Positions 58,720 through 64,000 of a stretch of 64,000 nt of DNA are shown piece after piece. The stretch lies in NCBI GenBank assembly GCA_963739695.1, contig CAVUBB010000005.1, forward strand, positions 4,342 through 68,341, given 5' to 3'. Both the position numbers and the translations under genes were made by a program. Source of the DNA: an uncultured Pseudomonadota bacterium (lineage in GTDB: Bacteria; Pseudomonadota; Gammaproteobacteria; Natronospirales; CAVUBB01). The notes under the pieces are model-generated. The model did not search any database, was not told the origin of the DNA, and saw nothing but the letters and a program-made list of their open reading frames with translations. Position 1 is the stretch's first letter. The number at the start of each line of letters is the position of its first letter.

Positions 58720-59127
58720 GTGTATAGAGAATTTCTTCTCAGCGCGGTTGTATCGGCTGTCTACACCACTTTCTTGCTCACGCTGCTGGCCACGGCCGTC
58801 ATCTTGAGAGGAGCGTGTCTGTATACATTCTGGCTGCCTCGGGAGTTTCAGATGCTCAGCCCATTTTGGGTAACCGTTGTTGCAGCAATTAGCCTTTCGC
58901 TCTGGGCATTCGCTGGGCTGCGCCGGGCTATCCGACAGCGGCGGAAGGCGGCGTGGCCGGTGCTGTATCACATGTTCGCGGTTATATGCCTGGTATGGTG
59001 GCTGTATGATCTGCATGGGTTCTGGCGCGCCATGGAGTATGAGCGAGGCGTTATCCCGGCTGCGCAATATTTCACCAACGGCATTCCTGGAATCGGAACC
59101 AAGCCATATCTGTGCCATGGGTGGTAG
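58720..59127 (+). CDS. hypothetical four-TM membrane protein
   Basis: ORF 58693..59127 has four hydrophobic segments (LLSAVVSAVYTTFLLTLLATAVIL, WVTVVAAISLSLWAFAGL, VLYHMFAVICLVWWLY ...). Start is uncertain (GTG 58720 or TTG 58693). Confidence 0.45.
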   Translation: MYREFLLSAVVSAVYTTFLLTLLATAVILRGACLYTFWLPREFQMLSPFWVTVVAAISLSLWAFAGLRRAIRQRRKAAWPVLYHMFAVICLVWWLYDLHGFWRAMEYERGVIPAAQYFTNGIPGIGTKPYLCHGW

Positions 59128-59131
59128 AAGT

Positions 59132-59158
59132 AGATCTGGACATCCATGATTCTCACGA
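59132..59158 (+). repeat. repeat family A core, copy 5
   Basis: AGATCTGGACATCCATGATTCTCACGA, 47 nt upstream of the ATG at 59179. Confidence 0.75.
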
Positions 59159-59178
59159 CATCCAGGATTGGGGGCAAC

Positions 59179-59964
59179 ATGCGAAGACATTTTCTTCTTG
59201 TTCTGACGGCAGCCATGGTTGCCGGTTGTGCGCAGCAGGCTGTGCGGCCAGCGCAACAGAAAACAGCGCAACCACGGGCATTCATAGATCGGAGCGCAAT
59301 CTTCTATCCGAAATCCGGCGATAAGTTCGATCTGATTCGAGAATACACGTATGCCAACGTCGCCTCAGGCATTCAATTGACGTACGAGGCTGAAGATCTT
59401 CCTTCCGCAAAGATCGACATCTTCGTCTACCCGGTCGGCGATGTGCCCGAGGACAAGGCATTGGCTATCGATATGAAGGATGTCCAGACAGGTGTCGAAG
59501 GCATGGTAAGGCAGGGCAGGTACAGCGAAGTCCAGTATGGGGCATTGTCCGATTTCAATGTGCCGCTCGGCAAGGACAGCACTTTGTCCGGTAAGAGGCA
59601 GCTCCTCACGTTCGATCTGGATGGGACGCCCATGGTCTCGGCGGCCTATCTTGCGTACAAGCAGCTTTATCTTTTCGAGCTGCGGATAACTTCGGCAGCG
59701 GTTACCGAGCAGCAGCTGGCACCCGTCGGAGACCGGATTGCCACTGAAGCCTTTCGCAAGATTCACATCCTGAGTGAAGGAAAATGTGCATCTCCCACCG
59801 TGGAGGTCGGGAAAAACGCAGATCAGCTGAGGCAATCGCTCATGGCCGCGATGAAGCATGTCCTCGCAGTATCATGTACGACTGAGTTTCAACCAGGCGC
59901 GCTCAAGCCTGGCGACAATGAAGATGTGACGGTCCTCACGTTCCGGCCTCAGGACTGGAATTAG
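59179..59964 (+). CDS. hypothetical lipoprotein
   Basis: MRRHFLLVLTAAMVAGCAQQ (lipobox VAGC). 261 aa. No family recognised. Confidence 0.6.
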   Translation: MRRHFLLVLTAAMVAGCAQQAVRPAQQKTAQPRAFIDRSAIFYPKSGDKFDLIREYTYANVASGIQLTYEAEDLPSAKIDIFVYPVGDVPEDKALAIDMKDVQTGVEGMVRQGRYSEVQYGALSDFNVPLGKDSTLSGKRQLLTFDLDGTPMVSAAYLAYKQLYLFELRITSAAVTEQQLAPVGDRIATEAFRKIHILSEGKCASPTVEVGKNADQLRQSLMAAMKHVLAVSCTTEFQPGALKPGDNEDVTVLTFRPQDWN

Positions 59965-59975
59965 TCGGTTGGACA

Positions 59976-60004
59976 AGATCTGGACCCCATAATTCGCAAA
60001 GGCG
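59976..60004 (+). repeat. repeat family A core, copy 6 (variant with 1-nt deletion)
   Basis: AGATCTGGACCCCATAATTCGCAAAGGCG, 12 nt after the lipoprotein stop. Confidence 0.7.
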
Positions 60005-60159
60005 CCAGAAATGCGCCCATATGGGCAGGTCTTTGACTCATGATTGCTCAACCGTCAGCAGCGGTATCCGCAATCACGACCCAAAGACCTGTTTCCCCTT
60101 GTTTCCAGTAGCGCCGTGGCGGTGGTTTGTCGTCCTCAAACCATGGCAGGCGTTACTCG

Positions 60160-60783
60160 CTATTGGTTGTTCGGCAGCACGACGATGTGGACGGTTGCCG
60201 ATGCCCACGGCGCGCCGTAGTAAGTGGCCTCCCAGCGGCTGATGTACTCGCCGGGGGCGAGTTGGGTGATGAACGCGCGCTGTTGATACAAGGTCAGGCC
60301 CCAGTCGGGTCGGTGCATCTGTTTGTAGCCGGTGCGATCGAGTGACTGCTCTGTCAGTGGGCCACCCACCGGACCGAACCACACGCGGTCTTCATACGCG
60401 TCGGTGTCGGCGATCGCTCCGGCCAGGGTGAATCCCCAGTTCTTGTAGTCGAAAAGATAGACGATGCCGCCGACGATGAAGTCACCGCTGTGGAAGGTGT
60501 AGGTGGCGCCGTCGGCGAATACGCGGAACTGGCAGTGCAGGGTGCCGCCGCCGACGCCGGCGCGTTGATTGCGCAGCGCGAAGTCGGTTGACTGGACATA
60601 GCCCACGGGCAGTGCCTGTAGGGTCGAGCTGGCTTCGCCCCAGCCGCAGTGGGTGTCGTCTTTGGCGAAGACCGTCTGGCTGAGGACGATCGACAACAGC
60701 AACGTGACCGTTGCCGCTACCCGCGCCATGACCGCGGCGGTGGCGATCAGCGGCTTTGCCGGGGTGAGATTTGAATGCGTCAT
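60160..60783 (-). CDS. hypothetical secreted protein
   Basis: MTHSNLTPAKPLIATAAVMARVAATVTLLLSIVLSQTVFA signal-like N-terminus. High G+C like the host background. Confidence 0.6.
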   Translation of the reverse strand: MTHSNLTPAKPLIATAAVMARVAATVTLLLSIVLSQTVFAKDDTHCGWGEASSTLQALPVGYVQSTDFALRNQRAGVGGGTLHCQFRVFADGATYTFHSGDFIVGGIVYLFDYKNWGFTLAGAIADTDAYEDRVWFGPVGGPLTEQSLDRTGYKQMHRPDWGLTLYQQRAFITQLAPGEYISRWEATYYGAPWASATVHIVVLPNNQ

Positions 60784-60904
60784 GGCAAGCTCCCGTCCGT
60801 TGAAGGTTCTATGAGCTTGCAAGACTGGTTCGGCCAAGTCCCGGCAAAACCGCGAAAAAACTGCTATAAAACTGCTAAGAGCGCTTCACAACGGGGGTTG
60901 CTGG

Positions 60905-62476
60905 ATGCTCAGGCCAGTCACTCGCAGTCAGGCACGCCATCGGGTGTACCGGTTCGGCGACTTCCATCTCGATCTTGACCGGGAATCGCTGTCGCGCGGC
61001 GGTCAGGCATTGAAGCTTCGGCCGAAATCCTTCGCCGTACTCAGATACCTGGTTGAACACGCCGGCCGCCTGGTGAGCAAGGAAGAGCTGCTGGCGGAGA
61101 TCTGGGGCCACCTTCACGTCTCGGAAGGCTCGCTCACCCAGTGTCTTATCGATATCCGCCGGGTGCTGGCCGATGCGGATCATCAGATGGTACGGACGGT
61201 GCCCCGGCGCGGCTACATCTTCGAGCTGAAAGTCAGCGCGTCTGGATCCGCCCCTGCCAAATCCAATGCTTCACGGCGGCTCTTGCCACTCCGATTTTCC
61301 CTATCGGCCTTGGCCGTTCTGGTGCTGCTTGTCGTCGGCGGTGTGTGGGGCGTGCGCTACGTTGTCCGTTCCGCGATCGGGCCGATGGCTGTGGCGCATC
61401 ATGCGGCGCCGAACGCGATTGCGACACAGCCCACTCAAACTCTGAATCCGGTACCGGCCAGGCCGGACGATGCGGGGTCGGCAAAGGTGAAATATTCACC
61501 CGCCTACAATCACTACCAGCGTGGCGAGTTCTTCTGGCATCGGCGTGCCGCCGGCGACATGGCGCTCGCGGAACGAGAGTTTCGCCAGGCGACACAGGCA
61601 GACCCTGGATATGCTCCCGCATGGACGGGGCTGGCCGGCGCGTTGTGGGGGCGTATCCTCAATGCCGGCAAAGCGCCGGCGCCGGGTGAACTCGAAGCCT
61701 ACCGCGACGCCCTGGAACATGCGGTGGCAGCCGATCCAAACCTGGCCGAAGCACACATGCGGCTCGCCAACTACTATCTGGTGGTCGAGAACTATCCGGA
61801 GTTTCATGCGCATTGGGAGAAGGCCCGTGCGCTTGCGCCGGATGACCTCCTCGTGCTCGGCTGGGGTGCAGCCTTTGCCGCCTGGCACGGGCATTATCAG
61901 CAGGCGATCAGCTTGCAGCGTCGCGCGGCCGAGGTGGCCCCTCTTTCTGCCGTAGTGCATGCGAATCTCGCAGGATTTCTGATGGCCGGTGGGCGTTTCA
62001 AGGAAGCGGAGTCGGAGTTTCGCCAGGTGCTGGAGCTCAGCCCGCGAATGAACAGCGCCGACCCGAACTTTCTCTCGCCCGCCAGTGGTCTGGCGTTGGC
62101 CATGATCCTCCAGAAACGTTATGCACAAGCACTTGCAGTCATCGACAAACAGCCCTCTGATGCTCCCGGCAACAAGCAGGTAGAGGCGCTAGCCTACTGG
62201 GGCATGGGCCGCAGAGCTGAGTACACCAAGGCAGTCGCGCAGCTGGAGCGTGAAGGTGGTCCCAGTACACAGTTGCGTCTGGCTGAGCTGGACGCGTTCC
62301 GGGGCCATCGGGAGGACGCCTTCAGCCATCTGCGGGCAGCCGTGGATGGCGTGAATGACATGAATGGGCCTACCGCAAAGTGGGACCTGCTGCAGGAATT
62401 GCGCTTGTCGCCATTCCTTATCCCGTTGCGCGACGATCCGCTTTGGGCGCAACTGACGAGATTACCGGATGCCTGA
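60905..62476 (+). CDS. membrane-anchored winged-helix (OmpR/CadC-type) transcriptional regulator with C-terminal TPR domain
   Basis: YRFGDFHLDLDRESLSRGGQALKLRPKSFAVLRYLVEHAGRLVSKEELLAEIW...VRTVPRRGYIFE (Trans_reg_C). One TM (LSALAVLVLLVVGGVWGV). TPR-like repeats after it. Confidence 0.8.
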   Translation: MLRPVTRSQARHRVYRFGDFHLDLDRESLSRGGQALKLRPKSFAVLRYLVEHAGRLVSKEELLAEIWGHLHVSEGSLTQCLIDIRRVLADADHQMVRTVPRRGYIFELKVSASGSAPAKSNASRRLLPLRFSLSALAVLVLLVVGGVWGVRYVVRSAIGPMAVAHHAAPNAIATQPTQTLNPVPARPDDAGSAKVKYSPAYNHYQRGEFFWHRRAAGDMALAEREFRQATQADPGYAPAWTGLAGALWGRILNAGKAPAPGELEAYRDALEHAVAADPNLAEAHMRLANYYLVVENYPEFHAHWEKARALAPDDLLVLGWGAAFAAWHGHYQQAISLQRRAAEVAPLSAVVHANLAGFLMAGGRFKEAESEFRQVLELSPRMNSADPNFLSPASGLALAMILQKRYAQALAVIDKQPSDAPGNKQVEALAYWGMGRRAEYTKAVAQLEREGGPSTQLRLAELDAFRGHREDAFSHLRAAVDGVNDMNGPTAKWDLLQELRLSPFLIPLRDDPLWAQLTRLPDA

Positions 62477-62596
62477 TCGAGCCGCCCGATGAAGATCGGC
62501 ACACGCATGATTGTCGAAAGCGCCAATTGTGCTTACGAGATGGGTGCCCGGATCTTGAGCCTTGGGATCGGATCCAGGCAGGTGCGGTCGAAGGTC

Positions 62597-64000
62597 TCAG
62601 TGCACTGATTTTTTCTCGAAGTTGGCTATCAATGCTTGTCTGATCTTGTTTCGCTCGACCTTGCCGAATGCGTTTCTGGGGATACCGGTCACTCCAACAT
62701 ATCTGTTCGGAAGTGCGGCTTTTCCGAAAGCCTTCGATATCTTGGTCTGCAGCGCCTTGAAATCGAAGTCATCGGGGATGACCAGCGCCGCGACGATCTC
62801 ATCACCGCCGTCCGCGTTTTGCATCCCCACCACGGCGGCGTCCTGTATGCCTTCGTAATGTTGCAGGAACTGGTCTAGCCGCGCCGGGTCAACCTTCACC
62901 CCGCCACGGTTGATGAGCTCGTCGGTGCGCCCGGCCAGCACGAGGACGCCCGTTTTTGTCAGCAATCCGCGATCTCCAGGATAGAACCAGCCGTCTCTGA
63001 TGGATTTTTCGGTAGCTTCAGGGTCCTTGTAGTACCCCGGAATCACATAGGGGCATTTGACCCGTATCTCACCCTCGTTGCCGGGTGGCAAGACAGTGCC
63101 CTGAGCATCGAACACCTCGATCTCCGCGTCATAAACAATCAGGCCGGCGAACTGCAGATGCTTGCGACTTCGCACCGGATTGATGCAGGTCCGACCGGCT
63201 TCCGTGGAACCATAGGCGGAATAAAGGTCGGCGCCAAAGGTCTCCATGAGCTTGTCATACAGGACCGGGGAGAGGTATGCGCCGCCGGTCAGGACGGTCT
63301 TGATGGCGTGCTTGAAATCCTTCTTCTCCGCGATATGCGCCATTATCCTGGACAACTGGAATGGCGAAGCGAGCAGATAGGCGATCTTGCCGGTCTCGAT
63401 CAGGCTCACGATCTCATCCAGCCCACTGGCGAAGTAGCAGGGTTCCGCGGCGAACAGTGCGTTCATGGAGATGAGAAAACCGAAGGATGTTGATAGCGGC
63501 AAGGCACTCAAGGCTGCGGTCGGTGTGATGCCGTCACCGGCCCGGAGCCGCAGCATCTCATCCAGCAGCAACCCGACACTGAACATGGCCGCCTTGGGGT
63601 AGCCTGTGGTCCCGCTGGTCAGGAAAAGCCGGCAGAGTTCGTCTTCGTCGCCATAATCCTTCATGCCTTCGGCAGGCTTTTTGTCGGCCAGGTCGTCGAG
63701 CCATGCCTGATCGATAACTAACTGTTTTGTTTCAGGAAACCAGTCACACTTCTGGTCGGTGATGACCCAGTCGATCTCGAATTTGGGGTCTAGTTCGCTG
63801 TGGCCCTGATTACTGCAGGTGATGCACGCTTCGTGGAACAGCGCCAACGTGAAGATCCAGTCGAGCTTGCCGGGCAGGCAGGTAGCAACGAGTTGCCCGG
63901 AACTGATTCCCAGTTCGCCAAGCTTTGCCGCTACCCGGCGGGAATAAGCGCACAGCTGGACGTAGGTGAGCGTCTCCTTGCCATCATCGAACGCCGGTCT
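62597..64000 (-). CDS. AMP-dependent synthetase/ligase (acyl-CoA or aryl-CoA ligase), N-terminus off-window
   Basis: LTSGTTGYPKA AMP-binding motif, YGSTEAG, GDRG...GRTDELINRGG. The frame stays open upstream of the track start (…ETLTYVQLCAYSRRVAAKLGELGISSG... by my translation) to base 64000. Confidence 0.85.
   Translation of the reverse strand, partial: RPAFDDGKETLTYVQLCAYSRRVAAKLGELGISSGQLVATCLPGKLDWIFTLALFHEACITCSNQGHSELDPKFEIDWVITDQKCDWFPETKQLVIDQAWLDDLADKKPAEGMKDYGDEDELCRLFLTSGTTGYPKAAMFSVGLLLDEMLRLRAGDGITPTAALSALPLSTSFGFLISMNALFAAEPCYFASGLDEIVSLIETGKIAYLLASPFQLSRIMAHIAEKKDFKHAIKTVLTGGAYLSPVLYDKLMETFGADLYSAYGSTEAGRTCINPVRSRKHLQFAGLIVYDAEIEVFDAQGTVLPPGNEGEIRVKCPYVIPGYYKDPEATEKSIRDGWFYPGDRGLLTKTGVLVLAGRTDELINRGGVKVDPARLDQFLQHYEGIQDAAVVGMQNADGGDEIVAALVIPDDFDFKALQTKISKAFGKAALPNRYVGVTGIPRNAFGKVERNKIRQALIANFEKKSVH

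Noticed and set aside
58481-59324. Reading the repeat core as a conserved peptide (DLDTH(N/Y)S..., DLDIHDSH...) in ORFs such as 59112..59324
   Set aside because: Single-base indels between copies (1 and 6) destroy the frame, and the host ORFs have no other support. Conservation is at nucleotide level.
57961-60006. CRISPR array interpretation of the AGATCTGGACA... repeats
   Set aside because: Spacings are very irregular (about 6 bp to about 800 bp). Intervals contain plausible protein-coding ORFs. Repeat lengths differ and there are no cas genes.
57897-60006. Canonical integron (attC sites) interpretation
   Set aside because: There is no intI gene in the window. The GTTRRRY/RYYYAAC heptamers in repeat family B are in the wrong order and spacing for attC and are not conserved in copy 1. 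It is kept only as an analogy in the findings.

Overview
All calls come from reading the ORF track and the sequence by eye and from remembered family signatures. No searches or statistics were run. The window is not one homogeneous locus. (1) Bases 1 to ~32,860 have moderate G+C and Desulfobacterota-like gene content. They carry a frameshifted fhs, two ABC exporter genes, a LOG protein and a beta-CASP RNase. A run of REC/HD-GYP/HDOD/histidine-kinase signalling genes follows, then an AdoMetDC / GNAT / ATP-grasp / PLP-decarboxylase operon facing a divergent sigma-54 activator. The rest is FAD protein, XdhC, MocA-HD, a B12 radical-SAM enzyme, a TolC/MFP/RND efflux operon and half of an AtoE-type transporter. 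Many genes in this half are broken by frameshifts. (2) At ~32,845-32,875 the sequence switches abruptly to high G+C. Here it encodes a beta/gamma-proteobacterium-like respiratory neighbourhood in which every gene is intact: a helicase-nuclease tail, 5'-nucleotidase, VIT1, PepO, Cfa, a glycine-zipper lipoprotein, cupredoxin-fused NirK, and a translationally coupled ccoNOQP-orf-ccoGHIS-tauE operon. hemN and fnr follow, with three FNR-type boxes in the region. The junction truncates a gene on each side, so it looks like an assembly or concatenation chimera. (3) Inside the high-G+C half sits a visibly AT-richer islet of about 6 kb (about 54.1-60.1 kb). It holds two overlapping (ATGA) reverse-transcriptase genes, both with complete RT motif sets (RFVDD and RFMDD catalytic boxes). 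A roughly 375-nt ORF-free, strongly structured tail lies downstream of them. Divergently, a cassette-like series of small membrane and lipoprotein ORFs is separated by six same-orientation copies of a conserved motif (AGATCTGGACAYCCAT...). This dual-RT locus (DRT type 3 / UG3+UG8-like, or a new dual-RT system) is my best candidate for the interesting system. No rRNA, tRNA, CRISPR array, transposase or integrase was recognised.
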